Numbered from the stretch's first letter, positions 1 to 10,026 are shown. The stretch is DNA of 64,000 nt from an uncultured delta proteobacterium (GCA_963710575.1 CAVQAL010000010.1:150531-214530); one strand, 5' to 3'. The notes: generated by a model from the sequence alone, not told the origin. Translations and numbers: made by a program.

Positions 1-1844
1 GCGGTGCGCTTGGCCATCTCTTCATAAGTAAGCCCGGCGGCTCCCATTCCGGTAATGAGTTTGCCCATAAGCGGGAGATAAGGCTGAAGCTCTTCCGGCA
101 CGTGCGCGATATCAAAGGCCAGATCCACATAAGCAATACCGTTGGTAAACTGGTCATGTTTGAGGGTTGGTACACCTCCGGTTAGAGTGTTTTGCGTCGA
201 AATGATTTCTATGGATCGCGGAATATCTTCGATCTTTAACTTGGGTATGGTTGCCGCTGCCTCCGGTGAATCCGGTTCCGATTGAAATTTCTTCAGTTGT
301 GCCGCCTGAGCGTTTATTTGCGTCAATTCGTTTTTTGTCAGCGATGATTTCAATTTGGCCATTTTATCCTGATAGGCTTTTTCTTTCTTCTCGTTGAAAT
401 CGGCATCCGGTTCCATAATCGCCAGGATTCGATGGGGATTATCCAGCAACCATTGTTTCGTCATCTTTTGAAATATCTGAGGATCATCTGTCCAACGCCG
501 GCGGATATCTTCTATTGCCCGGGGAAAATCCAATCCGATTAAGGGATCGCCGTCATAGAGCCATGTCTGAAACACGTTGCCCATTAAAGAAATGCCGTAA
601 GGATAAGAGCCGCGAACTACTTCTTTGCCGTGAAATTCGATTTGATGCAGGACGCCTTCCACCAGTTCTTTATCAAAGCCATTGGCCACAATAATTTTTA
701 TTGTATCAAAAATCAACTGTTCGATATTTTGCACGTCCGAACTTTGCGTATTTCTTAAACCTGCGCAAAACATTAATTGCTTCAAATCAGCCTCAATGCC
801 GCTTATCGGAGTGAGGTCTTCGCCCAAACCGGAATCAATCATCGCTTTGCGCAAAGGACTGGCCGCGCTGCCCACAAGAAGCGCGGCTATGATTTCCAGA
901 ATAAGTGAAGTTTCATAGTCGGTGTTATCGGACATCATCCATGCAATGTTCACCATCGTTTTATGGTCGATGGGTTCATCTTTTCCTATGGGATAAGTGC
1001 TCCGGATAATGCGGGGTGCAGTCAGACGTTCCTGGCTTTTAATGGAGGAATCTATATTTACACGATCAAAACCAGCAAGCATTTCGGAAAGAAATGCGAG
1101 ATGCTCAGAGGTAGTGATGTCACCGTAAATAAAAAATCGCGCGTTGGTCGGTGAATAATAAGTACGATGAAATTCCCGAAACTGTTCATACGTAAGCGTG
1201 GGAATCACATCGGGATCGCCGCCGGAATCAAAAGCGTAAACGCTGTCGGGGTAGAGATTTTCCTGTATGGCTTTAAACATCAGTGAATCAGGAGATGAGT
1301 ATGCGCCTTTCATTTCATTGTAAACTATGCCGGAAATAATCAAATCGCTTTCTAAATCATCCGGCGAAGAAAATTCAAGGTGGTGACCTTCCTGCAAAAA
1401 AGTTTCCTTAAGCATGCGCGGGTGCAGTGCTAAATCGGTGTAAATATGGGCCAGATTGAAAAAATCAGCTTTTATCTGACTCGCTACCGGATAAATCGTT
1501 TTGTCCGGGTAAGTGAAGGCGTTGATAAAGGTTTGCAGTGTCGAACGCATCAATTCTTTAAAGACATCTTTCAGCGGATATTTTTCGGAGCCCGCCAGCA
1601 CGGAATGCTCCAGGATATGCGGCAGTCCCGTTGAATCAGCCGGCGGAGTGCGAAAGCCAATCGCGTATAAATTTTCACGGTCGAATGAATGCAGGTGCAG
1701 AACTTTAGCGCCTGTTTTTCTGTGTTCGATTTCGTAAGCGGTAACCCGGATTTCGGGAAATGCTTCCACGCGCAAAATTTTAAATCCATGTAATTCAGCA
1801 CCAGCTTGCAGTGTCGGCTGGGGGGAAGTTGTTTGATCGAACAT
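1..1844 (-). CDS. M16-family zinc metallopeptidase (PreP/insulinase-like); 3' part lies beyond window start
   Basis: Absent from the ORF track because it has no stop in the window. My translation from ATG 1844-1842 (AAGGAG about 9 nt upstream) reads MFDQTTSPQPTLQAGAELHGFKILRVEAFPEIRVTAYEIEHRKTGAKVLHLHSFDRENLYAIGFRTPPADSTGLPHILEHSVLAGSEKYPLKDVF, with the inverted zinc motif HxxEH (HILEH). The same frame is still open at bases 1-60 (..LITGMGAAGLTYEEMAKRT). Confidence 0.85.
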   Translation of the reverse strand, partial: MFDQTTSPQPTLQAGAELHGFKILRVEAFPEIRVTAYEIEHRKTGAKVLHLHSFDRENLYAIGFRTPPADSTGLPHILEHSVLAGSEKYPLKDVFKELMRSTLQTFINAFTYPDKTIYPVASQIKADFFNLAHIYTDLALHPRMLKETFLQEGHHLEFSSPDDLESDLIISGIVYNEMKGAYSSPDSLMFKAIQENLYPDSVYAFDSGGDPDVIPTLTYEQFREFHRTYYSPTNARFFIYGDITTSEHLAFLSEMLAGFDRVNIDSSIKSQERLTAPRIIRSTYPIGKDEPIDHKTMVNIAWMMSDNTDYETSLILEIIAALLVGSAASPLRKAMIDSGLGEDLTPISGIEADLKQLMFCAGLRNTQSSDVQNIEQLIFDTIKIIVANGFDKELVEGVLHQIEFHGKEVVRGSYPYGISLMGNVFQTWLYDGDPLIGLDFPRAIEDIRRRWTDDPQIFQKMTKQWLLDNPHRILAIMEPDADFNEKKEKAYQDKMAKLKSSLTKNELTQINAQAAQLKKFQSEPDSPEAAATIPKLKIEDIPRSIEIISTQNTLTGGVPTLKHDQFTNGIAYVDLAFDIAHVPEELQPYLPLMGKLITGMGAAGLTYEEMAKRT

Positions 1845-1910
1845 TCAATAGTGCTCCTTAATACTTTATTTATATCCGTGTACTTTTTTCGGTTGAGGCT
1901 CCGGTTAAAT

Positions 1911-2759
1911 TTACAAGGTCACGATTCCTCTGCCATTCAGTAAAGAAGAAATAACCGCCCAGATTAAAATTGCCACCGTAAGTAAAATGCAGGCATAGGC
2001 CAAAAGCTTGTTCCCGGCACTTTCCTGTTTATTGTCGTTATAACCCATCAGAAAAGCTATGAGTATTCCTGATAATATTCCGCCGCCGTGCGCCCAGTTA
2101 TTTATGCCGGGGAATATTAATCCGAAGAAAATTAACCCGGCGACCCAGCCCACTGCCTGCTTATATATGGCTTCTCCGTAAGAGCCGCCGCGGCTTTTGC
2201 CGTAATATATGATGGCGCCGATTAATCCGCAGATACTGGCGGAAGCTCCGATGGTGAAGGGAATGCCGAACAGGACGGAAGCCCCAAAACCACAGGCTCC
2301 GGTAATAATATATAGGTTGATAAAACGATGGAACCCGAATTCCCGTAAAACAAATGGTCCCAGTTGATAAAGCGCCATCATGTTGAAGCCAATATGCATT
2401 ATTCCGCCGTGCAAAAACGAAGCGGAGATTAATGTCCAGAAACGATGATATCCGATAACCGGAATAGTGCCGCTTGCTCCTAATAAAAAAAGACTCTGAT
2501 TTGACGGCGACAGAAAATTAAAAGAACCGCCGCCGGCCAAAATTCCTCTCGGATCCAACAGCAGCGACAGAACATAAAAAGCAATGTTAATATAGATAAT
2601 GGTTTTAATCGGATCGGAGCCGAGAAAAATCTTTCGAATAATACCCGCGCTATTGTGCAAACCGGGACGGATAAGTCCGCAATAAGGACAGGCAGGTTCG
2701 TCCATGCTGATCAGTTTGCGGCAATTGGGGCAGAGAATCGATTTTCTTTCTGAAGACAT
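1911..2759 (-). CDS. Rhomboid-family intramembrane serine protease with N-terminal zinc ribbon
   Basis: 282-aa track ORF. CPNC..CPYC ribbon, multiple TM segments, rhomboid signatures FLHGGIMHIGFNM, Ser box GASASICGLIG and His box WAHGGGILSG. Confidence 0.85.
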   Translation of the reverse strand: MSSERKSILCPNCRKLISMDEPACPYCGLIRPGLHNSAGIIRKIFLGSDPIKTIIYINIAFYVLSLLLDPRGILAGGGSFNFLSPSNQSLFLLGASGTIPVIGYHRFWTLISASFLHGGIMHIGFNMMALYQLGPFVLREFGFHRFINLYIITGACGFGASVLFGIPFTIGASASICGLIGAIIYYGKSRGGSYGEAIYKQAVGWVAGLIFFGLIFPGINNWAHGGGILSGILIAFLMGYNDNKQESAGNKLLAYACILLTVAILIWAVISSLLNGRGIVTL

Positions 2760-2890
2760 TAACGGCCTCGTAAAAAAACATTTTTAATAAAAACTTAATT
2801 AACAATATTACTCCGAGTTGTAAAGAAAAATACCATTCCGAATTGACTGTTGCTTTGACTATATGTTATCTATATGAAAGGAGGATTGTT

Positions 2891-4063
2891 TTGCAGCTCA
2901 AAGATCGCGTGACAATAAACATTGAATCAATAGCTTTCGGCGGAGAAGGCGTTGGCCGGATTGATAATTTTGTGGTTTTTGTTCCCTTTACCGCTCCAGG
3001 CGATGAACTGACGATTGAAATAACTCAGCTGAAAAAGAAATTTGTCCGCGGTAGGATATTAAAAATAATCAAACCATCACCGATGCGAGCAACTCCCTTG
3101 TGCAGTTATTATGAGAACTGCGGCGGTTGTTGCTATCAGCACTTAAAATATGAACATCAATTGGAAATCAAAAAAAAGCAGGTCCAGGAAGCTTTTTGGA
3201 AAATCGGCAGAATGGCATTTCCGCCTGTTTTGGAGCCAATAGCCGCGCCAAAGATTTATCACTATCGAGGGAAGGCCCAGTATCATGCTGAGGTCTCATC
3301 CAATGGCTGGGAAATCGGTTTTTTGGATATTTCCGGCGGCAAGCTTTTAGACATCGAACGCTGCGAAATTATGGAGGAAACAATTAATGAAAAAATGCCC
3401 GTTCTGCGGAAAAGCAAGCAGTTGCGCGGTTATGATGATGCGCAACTGACAATTTGGTCAGATTTTTTCGCTGCTCAGGAGAGCGAGAACGAATCAATTG
3501 CCAGAGTAGTGAAAGGGAAAAATTTTCTTGTGCCCCGCGATGGATTTTTTCAGGCCAATTTATATTTGACAGATAAATTAGTCGATGAGGTTTGTCTTCT
3601 GGCCGCAGCGAGTGAAATAAATACTCTGCTTGATGCCTATTGCGGCAGCGGACTTTTTTCCATTTTTCTTTCATCTTGTGCCAAACATGTTATAGGCATA
3701 GAAATAAATGAAAAATCAGTAAAGTACGCGCGAATAAATGCCGAAAATACCGGTGTGAAAAACGCAAAATTTATTCATGGGGATATTGAAAATGTATTAC
3801 AGGAAAAATTTCTGCCGCAGGGGAATAAAATCGATTTGATTGTCCTTGATCCTCCCCGTACAGGTTGTGAAAAAACAGTGTTAAAGGCAATGATAGATTT
3901 ACAGCCGCAAAAAGTTATTTATATTTCCTGCAATCCTGTCACGCAGGCGCGAGATATTAAATATTTAAATGAATACGGTTATAATCTGCAAAGTCTCTTG
4001 CCTGTGGATATGTTTCCGCAGACAGAGCATATTGAAGTTATTGGATTTATTGAAAGAAGATAA
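2891..4063 (+). CDS. RlmD/RumA-type rRNA (uracil-5)-methyltransferase (TRAM + Fe-S cluster + SAM MTase)
   Basis: TRAM-like N-terminus (IAFGGEGVGRIDNFVVFVPFTAPGDEL), Cys cluster CSYYENCGGCCYQH, SAM motif LDAYCGSGLFS, DPPRTG, and C-terminal ISCNP..DMFPQTEHIEV. I moved the start from the track TTG at 2843 to the in-frame TTG at 2891, which lies 6 nt after AAAGGAGG. Confidence 0.85.
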   Translation: MQLKDRVTINIESIAFGGEGVGRIDNFVVFVPFTAPGDELTIEITQLKKKFVRGRILKIIKPSPMRATPLCSYYENCGGCCYQHLKYEHQLEIKKKQVQEAFWKIGRMAFPPVLEPIAAPKIYHYRGKAQYHAEVSSNGWEIGFLDISGGKLLDIERCEIMEETINEKMPVLRKSKQLRGYDDAQLTIWSDFFAAQESENESIARVVKGKNFLVPRDGFFQANLYLTDKLVDEVCLLAAASEINTLLDAYCGSGLFSIFLSSCAKHVIGIEINEKSVKYARINAENTGVKNAKFIHGDIENVLQEKFLPQGNKIDLIVLDPPRTGCEKTVLKAMIDLQPQKVIYISCNPVTQARDIKYLNEYGYNLQSLLPVDMFPQTEHIEVIGFIERR

Positions 4064-4209
4064 AGACAGAAAAACTATCTGCAATAAGTTTCAAAAAAAT
4101 TCTATAGAGGGAAGAATTAATCTTATAAGTAATAATATTTATAGCTTTAAACTGAAAAAATTGTTATTTCTGGACATGAACTACTTAAAAAACACAAGGA
4201 GAGGGAAAA

Positions 4210-4710
4210 ATGGCGTCGAAAAGTAAGAATGTAAGAATGGAACAACTTCGTATATTTGAAAAAAAACTGGTCCTGCGTTTGGAGCAATTAGCCAATAAAG
4301 GGATCAGCAAAGAGAAAGCTCTAACCGACAGTCTTGTTAAGAGCCTGAAATCAAAAATTAGAGAAACTAATGTAAGAATTGCAGCGTTTGAGAAGTTTGT
4401 TAAGTTGACCGAGAAATTAGCGCAAGATAAAGTACAAAAGTTAGCCAATTTAGCGGCAAAGAAAGAGGAAAAATCAGAATCGGCGCAGGAAACAAAAAAG
4501 GATGAATCAAAACCTAAAAAGAAGGAAGCTGTCGCTGATAAAGAACCAAAGAAACAACCGGCTGACAAAGCTGAAAAAGCGCCTAAAGAACCTAAAAAGC
4601 AAGCTGATGCCGCCGCAGATGAAGCAACACCGAAAAAACCAAAGAAGCAATCAACTGAGGCGGATGAATCAGCGCCTAAGAAACGAGCAAGCAAGAAAAA
4701 AGAAGAATAA
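4210..4710 (+). CDS. Small Lys/Ala/Pro/Glu-rich protein: coiled-coil N-half with a histone-H1-like basic low-complexity tail; function unknown
   Basis: 166-aa ORF with AAGGAGAGGG just upstream of the ATG. The C-half is KKxE/KPKK/AA low complexity. The antisense ORF 4185..4694 is its shadow. Confidence 0.6.
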   Translation: MASKSKNVRMEQLRIFEKKLVLRLEQLANKGISKEKALTDSLVKSLKSKIRETNVRIAAFEKFVKLTEKLAQDKVQKLANLAAKKEEKSESAQETKKDESKPKKKEAVADKEPKKQPADKAEKAPKEPKKQADAAADEATPKKPKKQSTEADESAPKKRASKKKEE

Positions 4711-4730
4711 GATAAATATAGAGATCACTA

Positions 4731-4765
4731 AAAAGGGCAAGCTTTTTCTAAGTTGCCCTTTTTAG
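4731..4765 (+). terminator. Rho-independent terminator after 4210..4710
   Basis: AAAAGGGCAA (4731-4740) pairs with TTGCCCTTTT (4753-4762), with a T-run following. It starts 21 nt after the stop codon. Confidence 0.75.
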
Positions 4766-4773
4766 TTGTACAG

Positions 4774-4849
4774 TGGCGTCCCCATGGGGAGTCGAACCCC
4801 AGTTACAGGCGTGAAAGGCCCGTGTCCTAGGCCTCTAGACGATGGGGAC
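4774..4849 (-). tRNA. tRNA-Glu (anticodon UUC), CCA encoded
   Basis: The reverse complement reads GTCCCCATCGTCTAGAGGCCTAGGACACGGGCCTTTCACGCCTGTAACTGGGGTTCGACTCCCCATGGGGACGCCA. Acceptor stem is GTCCCCA/TGGGGAC, the anticodon loop is CTTTCAC, and the T-arm GGGGTTCGACTCCCC is present. It is close to the canonical bacterial tRNA-Glu. Confidence 0.95.
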
Positions 4850-4876
4850 ATCCGGATAGCCTTATGTGAATTGCGC

Positions 4877-4905
4877 TTTATATATTGTTAAAATTAGAAT
4901 GTCAA
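4877..4905 (-). promoter_or_regulatory. Sigma70-type promoter for tRNA-Glu
   Basis: On the minus strand: TTGACA (4905-4900), a 17-nt spacer, then TATAAA (4882-4877). This lies about 25-30 nt upstream of the mature tRNA 5' end. Confidence 0.7.
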
Positions 4906-5035
4906 GCTTTGACTCAACAAATACCTGATAATAAAAAAGCTTTAATATCAACCATTTTGTTGAATCTAGATATTTTGGGGAGAAATACTCAAAAAAACAT
5001 TTTTGCTGGCATCGAAAAATGAAAACTTACAGATG

Positions 5036-5070
5036 TTGAACGTCACTCTTTTTAAAAGAGTGACGTTCAA
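5036..5070. terminator. Perfect 15-bp hairpin downstream of the minus-strand gene 5166..5870 (possible terminator)
   Basis: TTGAACGTCACTCTT / loop TTTAA / AAGAGTGACGTTCAA. No clean U-tract follows on either strand. Confidence 0.45.
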
Positions 5071-5165
5071 TCAGCTACCGGCAAGCCACAATTATATAAA
5101 ATAAAATTTAAAAGAACCGCTATTAACCGGATAATACTGCTCTGGAGTATATGGTAGCAGTATCA

Positions 5166-5870
5166 CTATTTTAAAAATCCGTTCTTAATGCCTTCCTCGA
5201 TAAGTTTATTGTATTTAGATGTCTTGGCGGCTTCAATGTATTTAGGATTTTTCACCATTTTCATTAATTTCTTTAAAGATTTGATGGGTGTATCCTTGAT
5301 CTTTCCATTCGCAATGCCTTTGGGCAATCCTGCGCCAAGATCCGGATCTATCATGAAAGTTACCCTGGTGTGTTCCCGGTCAATCCAGTCCAATGTCCAT
5401 ACTGAATGGAACGAAGGCATTCTGACATATCCTTTGCCGGAATCGTAGGGAATTTCATTGGTTAAATCGGCATAAATAATATCCTGACCTTTTGAGGGAT
5501 CCATTATGGTTTTAGATTTCAGAACCATATCTCTATCTGTAAATAGTTGAATATGTTGACGGAGCCAGAATATTAAAACATCATTTTGCTCGTCTACTAC
5601 TTTCAATATTTTTGTTTCTTTGCAATCTTCCATCCATTCCGGATAATTTTCGATTTCTCTGAGGACCACGCCAAGGACTTCTTTTCTGGCAGGGATAACG
5701 CAGGTAGTTTTAGCGGCGACATAATCTTTGCCGGCAACTAAACTTGTATATGTTTGGCATCCATCATCAGTGTCGACAAGTTTCCATTGATACCTGTCGG
5801 CGGCAAAACTGGTTGAGGCAACAATTAAAAGCATCAGTACTACGTTAATGATAAAATTTCTTTTAGTCAT
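5166..5870 (-). CDS. Secreted START/SRPBCC-like lipid-binding domain protein
   Basis: 234 aa. Signal peptide MTKRNFIINVVLMLLIVASTSFA. START-like pattern (..IENYPEWMEDC.., ..FTDRDMVLKSK.., ..VTFMIDPDLGAGLP..). GGAGG lies upstream of the ATG. Confidence 0.55.
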   Translation of the reverse strand: MTKRNFIINVVLMLLIVASTSFAADRYQWKLVDTDDGCQTYTSLVAGKDYVAAKTTCVIPARKEVLGVVLREIENYPEWMEDCKETKILKVVDEQNDVLIFWLRQHIQLFTDRDMVLKSKTIMDPSKGQDIIYADLTNEIPYDSGKGYVRMPSFHSVWTLDWIDREHTRVTFMIDPDLGAGLPKGIANGKIKDTPIKSLKKLMKMVKNPKYIEAAKTSKYNKLIEEGIKNGFLK

Positions 5871-6110
5871 AAAATCCTCCTGTTTTTTTGATATTTTTCT
5901 CTGAACATGGTCATCATTTTGACGCCCAAATAACGTGAAAACCTATTGCATGTAGGAAATGATTTGTCAAGAAATCTACAGACCGGGTTAAACCGTAATA
6001 TCAGTTGAGGTTGAACCTTAATATCCGTTGTGGTATAAAAAGGCTACTCATTTACTTTATGCATTGCAAGTTGATTTCTAAAATATAAAAATTAAGGAGG
6101 TCTGTGCGCG

Positions 6111-6470
6111 ATGTCAGAAGAAACCCATAAAAAAGAACATGATGAAAAACACCTGGATAAGTTGACCATTAAGGAATTGCGGGAGATTGCTGCGGAGATT
6201 CCCCATGAAAAGGCGGTTCATGAAATGAAGAAGGATGAACTCGTTGCCTTCATCAAAGAAGCGCGGGGCATCAAGGACGAAACACCTATCAAGAAAAAGA
6301 AACATATAGGCAAAATCAAGATGACCAAATCTGAGATCAAGGCAAAAATCCGTGAGTTGAAGGTCTTGAGATTGCAAATGCTGGAGTCCAAGGAAAGCGA
6401 AAAAGCTTCTCGACTACGGCATCAGATCAGTCAACTGAAGAAAAGATCAAGACGCCTTGTTGCCATCTAA
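6111..6470 (+). CDS. Small basic protein with Rho-N/SAP-like helix-extended-helix motif
   Basis: 119 aa. LTIKELREIAAEI..KKDELVAFIKEA resembles the Rho termination factor N-terminal (SAP-like) motif. AAGGAGG RBS. Confidence 0.45.
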   Translation: MSEETHKKEHDEKHLDKLTIKELREIAAEIPHEKAVHEMKKDELVAFIKEARGIKDETPIKKKKHIGKIKMTKSEIKAKIRELKVLRLQMLESKESEKASRLRHQISQLKKRSRRLVAI

Positions 6471-6525
6471 TACCAAGTTGCTTTTAAAAAATTAAACTAT
6501 GAATTTTTGAAAACTTACTTGGTAT
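6470..6525 (+). terminator. Long imperfect hairpin overlapping the stop of 6111..6470
   Basis: ATACCAAGT..(6470-) pairs with ..ACTTGGTAT (-6525). The AT-rich arms extend the pairing imperfectly. Confidence 0.35.
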
Positions 6526-6670
6526 TATACCCGGTAGATCAACCTTTTAATATCCGATAGATAATTGGTATAAACTGCGGAATCGGCGGAAAAGCATAAT
6601 TAAAATATTTCCGGCCATTACACTATCAATACTCTAAGGATAGATCATTGAAAGTTAGAGTGGGGCATAA

Positions 6671-7531
6671 ATGAGAGTTTATTTCAGTTTTATCTTTAAA
6701 TGTAAACAATCTCAGGCTAATCCATATTTTAAATTGCGCAATAAACAGCAGAGAAGTGACCGTTTAAGAAGAATCCTGGCTGTAATTTCCCTTGGCGTGG
6801 TCTTCTGCAGTATTTTAGTCTTTGTACCCAAATTAGCTTGGGCCGGCCCGCCATTTGTCACCGATGACCCGGAACCTGTTGAATTCCGGCACTGGGAAAT
6901 ATACCTCGCCGCGCAATACAAGCATGATCGAGATCAGGATTCCTCGACATTGCCTCACCTCGAAATAAATTATGGCGCAATACCGAATCTCCAAATCCAT
7001 TTAATCGCGCCCCTTGTCTATGTGAAGCCGGAAGGATCAAAGTCGCAGTATGGTTATGGAGACACGGAGTTGGGTGTCAAGTTTCGTTTTATTAAGGAAA
7101 CGGATTATATTCCGCAAGTGGGAATATTTCCCATGGTTGAGCTTCCCACCGGTGACTCTGATAAAGGTTTGGGAAACGGCAGAACACAATATTTCCTACC
7201 CATCTGGTTACAGAAAAGCTGGGGGCCATGGACAACCTATGGAGGAGCGGGATACTGGATTAATCCCGGTGAGGGGAATAAGGACTGGTGGCAATTCGGA
7301 TGGCTAATTCAGCGGGAAATTACTAAAACACTGACTCTGGGAACCGAACTCTATCACCGAACAGCAAACACCGAGGACGGCAAAGATACTACGGGGTATA
7401 CTTTCGGCGCCATTATCAACGTTACCGAAAATCATCACATTCTGCTTTCTGCAGGACAGGATATTAACGGTCCCAATTACCTCTCTGCTTACATCGGTTA
7501 TCAATTCACATTTGGTCCAGAGAACAAGTAA
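6671..7531 (+). CDS. Outer-membrane beta-barrel protein (MetA-pathway/transporter-like family)
   Basis: 286 aa. Signal-like ..VFCSILVFVPKLAWA, conserved PPFVTDDPEP start, alternating beta-strand pattern, aromatic C-terminal strand YIGYQFTF. Confidence 0.55.
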   Translation: MRVYFSFIFKCKQSQANPYFKLRNKQQRSDRLRRILAVISLGVVFCSILVFVPKLAWAGPPFVTDDPEPVEFRHWEIYLAAQYKHDRDQDSSTLPHLEINYGAIPNLQIHLIAPLVYVKPEGSKSQYGYGDTELGVKFRFIKETDYIPQVGIFPMVELPTGDSDKGLGNGRTQYFLPIWLQKSWGPWTTYGGAGYWINPGEGNKDWWQFGWLIQREITKTLTLGTELYHRTANTEDGKDTTGYTFGAIINVTENHHILLSAGQDINGPNYLSAYIGYQFTFGPENK

Positions 7532-7578
7532 TAGCATGGCGTAGAAGAAGGAAAGCAAACGTTAATAATAAATTGTTT

Positions 7579-8805
7579 CTATTTGGGCAGAGACTTCGTC
7601 TGATTTCCCGATACCGGCGAAATCAGATCTTTCCCGAATATCCAGAAATAAATAGTCCCGATAAGTCCGCAGGCAAAGGCGGTAAAGAAGTTTACCTGAG
7701 GTGATATTTGCCACAGGAATGCCCCGCCGAAAGCTCCGATGGAGACAATGATATCCCGAATTAAATAGTATAGCCCGAACATTCCGGCCTTTTTGTCTTC
7801 CGGCGCCAGATCCATAATCAACGCTTTGCGCGTCGGCTCGCCAAATTCTTTGAGACCGCGGATTATAAAAGCCACAACCATCATCCAGAAAGAGTGCGCG
7901 AAAAAGATGACCAGCGGGAAAAGAGTAAAGTTGAAAAATGTTATCACGACGAAAGGTTTTTTCGTGGAACGGTCGGCCATGTAGGCCACCGGCAAATAAA
8001 CCAACAAGGCCGTAGCCATTTCTATAGCGGTGAGAATTCCAAACTCGGTAGCAGTGATGCCATTATCTTTTATGCACCAGACAACCACAAAGGCATAAGG
8101 AATCTGCTCGGCAAAACGGATAAGAATATCGGAAACAAGCAAATTGCGCAGCGAGGGATTCATATACCGCCAGAGGCGTGAAGGATGCTTCTCGGCCACT
8201 CCCCGCGCGCCTTTATCATCCTCAATCATAATTTGCTGCAGAAAAAGGGAAACGATACCAAGAATGAAAGCCCCTACGAAAGCCAGCCGCACGCCTGTTT
8301 TTTCTCCATAAATGCCGATTAAAACTCCGCCGATGATTGGTCCCAGAGCCATGGGCAGCCGCCGGACAAGCGAATGCAGCGAAACGCCCATGGTGCGTTT
8401 ATCCGCCGGCAGAACGCGGGAAACAAGGCTCATGGTTGCCGGAAGCGATATCGCCGACCAGGAAAGAAAGAATATTGCGCCGACAAGCACCGCCTGCCAG
8501 TAGGGGAAAATAATGACAATGGCGTAACCAAACAGGGCGACTAAATTGAAAACCAGCAGAGCTTTTTTGTAGCCCAGACGGTCGCTCAAATAGCCGCCGG
8601 GGAAGGAATAGAGAGCGGAAAGGAGATTAGTCATGCCGTTGAGCAGGCCGATGGTAATTGCGCCGCCACCAAGAGCCATAAGATAAATCGGCAGGAAGCG
8701 TTCGGCCATTTTTTCCCCCAGGCCGACTAGGACGACCATGGCGAGCAGGGCCACCATACTTTTTCTAAGGCCGAAAAATTCAGCTATTTTTTCCCGTAAG
8801 CTCAT
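7579..8805 (-). CDS. MFS transporter
   Basis: 408 aa with about 12 TM segments. MFS motif A-like GGYLSDRLGYKK. Confidence 0.8.
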   Translation of the reverse strand: MSLREKIAEFFGLRKSMVALLAMVVLVGLGEKMAERFLPIYLMALGGGAITIGLLNGMTNLLSALYSFPGGYLSDRLGYKKALLVFNLVALFGYAIVIIFPYWQAVLVGAIFFLSWSAISLPATMSLVSRVLPADKRTMGVSLHSLVRRLPMALGPIIGGVLIGIYGEKTGVRLAFVGAFILGIVSLFLQQIMIEDDKGARGVAEKHPSRLWRYMNPSLRNLLVSDILIRFAEQIPYAFVVVWCIKDNGITATEFGILTAIEMATALLVYLPVAYMADRSTKKPFVVITFFNFTLFPLVIFFAHSFWMMVVAFIIRGLKEFGEPTRKALIMDLAPEDKKAGMFGLYYLIRDIIVSIGAFGGAFLWQISPQVNFFTAFACGLIGTIYFWIFGKDLISPVSGNQTKSLPK

Positions 8806-8985
8806 TTCACTATACTGCCGGTTCAGTTTTAATGTATTGAGTTTATATCTCTAGGCGACAAATTGGCCGCAGCTTATCAAGTCCTGCAAAAGAGGTGCTT
8901 CCGTAAAGGTAATAAAATACGTGAGAACGCCGACAACAGAGGCAAAGAAATTGGCCCACAGCGAATTGCCGTCTATACATAGAGA

Positions 8986-10026
8986 TTACTTCTTTCCTGC
9001 TGATATATGCGTCTTTAATGTAGCCAATCCATTCCATATTTCATCATCGCCGACGAATTTTCGGACATCCGTGGCTGAATATCTTATGGTACCTGTGGGT
9101 GTGGCCTTAATTTTATTTTTATTAATGATTGCGCTGAGTATCGGGAAAATTGATTTTTCGTCCATTATTTTCCATGAAATTTTCTGCTCATTCAAATAAA
9201 CGACCAAAGCATCTTCTGTCTGGATGTGTCTGTCTTGTGCCGCATCAAAAAGTATTTTGCGGACGTGAAGAATGTTATTGGTGTCCGAATTGGCATTTGC
9301 CGCATAAAGATAATATTTGGCGTAAATAGGTGTGGCGGTATGAAAAGGTACATCAATAAAAGTTAATTTTATCTGGCCGGTTGTCAGCAATTCCTTCAAT
9401 AATGGTTCTGCTTTTGTATCAATACGTCGGCAGGGCGGACAGAAATAGTCGGCAAACATAACAACTTCATAATGTCCTTTGCCCAGCGATGGAACTGAGC
9501 CGGTTGAATCCATTCCATAGGCAGGCGTAACGGAACCTGAAAAAGTAAATAAAACAATTAAGTATCCCAATAAGCTGAAAATCAGCAACGGCAATTTCTG
9601 AATTCTGAACATAGGAAAATCAACCTCCCCGAAAAAATATAGCCACATCCGGCGGCGTTTTTTACGCCAGGCGGAAGGAACTTCATAATTAATTATAAAC
9701 GACAAAATCAACATTACCGAGAACGCAAGACAGAAAGGGCAATAAACGTCGTTTTGCACCTGAAAGGCATACAGATGTACTTCCACGCCCAGCCCCGCGG
9801 CCAGAAGCGCCCTCACAAAAGAAGTTTGTCTGAAAGCCGCGAAGACGATTATAACCGCCATATAAGCGATGCCGACCCATTTGAGATCGATTCCCCAGAT
9901 ATCGCCTTTCAGATAACTGCATGCCGTATCGCAGTAGTCATAATACGCCATGATGCCGACGCCGATAAGCGACAGCGCGATTGTGATAACGTCGCGATAT
10001 TTTTTTATGGAATCTTTTATGATCAT
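8986..10026 (-). CDS. VKOR-like membrane domain fused to a DsbA/thioredoxin-like domain
   Basis: 346 aa. The N-terminal TM domain has a loop Cys pair (YCDTACSY) and an intramembrane CPFC. A further TM is followed by a thioredoxin-like domain with FADYFCPPCRR. Confidence 0.6.
   Translation of the reverse strand: MIIKDSIKKYRDVITIALSLIGVGIMAYYDYCDTACSYLKGDIWGIDLKWVGIAYMAVIIVFAAFRQTSFVRALLAAGLGVEVHLYAFQVQNDVYCPFCLAFSVMLILSFIINYEVPSAWRKKRRRMWLYFFGEVDFPMFRIQKLPLLIFSLLGYLIVLFTFSGSVTPAYGMDSTGSVPSLGKGHYEVVMFADYFCPPCRRIDTKAEPLLKELLTTGQIKLTFIDVPFHTATPIYAKYYLYAANANSDTNNILHVRKILFDAAQDRHIQTEDALVVYLNEQKISWKIMDEKSIFPILSAIINKNKIKATPTGTIRYSATDVRKFVGDDEIWNGLATLKTHISAGKK

Noticed and set aside
4185-4694. Long antisense ORFs in the track. 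Examples: 4185..4694(-), 11754..12443(+), 12765..13274(+), 16423..17106(+), 45798..46247(+), 54019..54690(-), 56475..57080(-), 57933..58616(-), 62579..63010(-), 63279..63701(-).
   Set aside because: Each lies entirely inside, and antisense to, a gene with strong family motifs (pyrG, ftsI, murF, mraY, murC and others). They have low-complexity or Ser/Arg/Leu-rich translations typical of shadow frames, and they lack RBSs.
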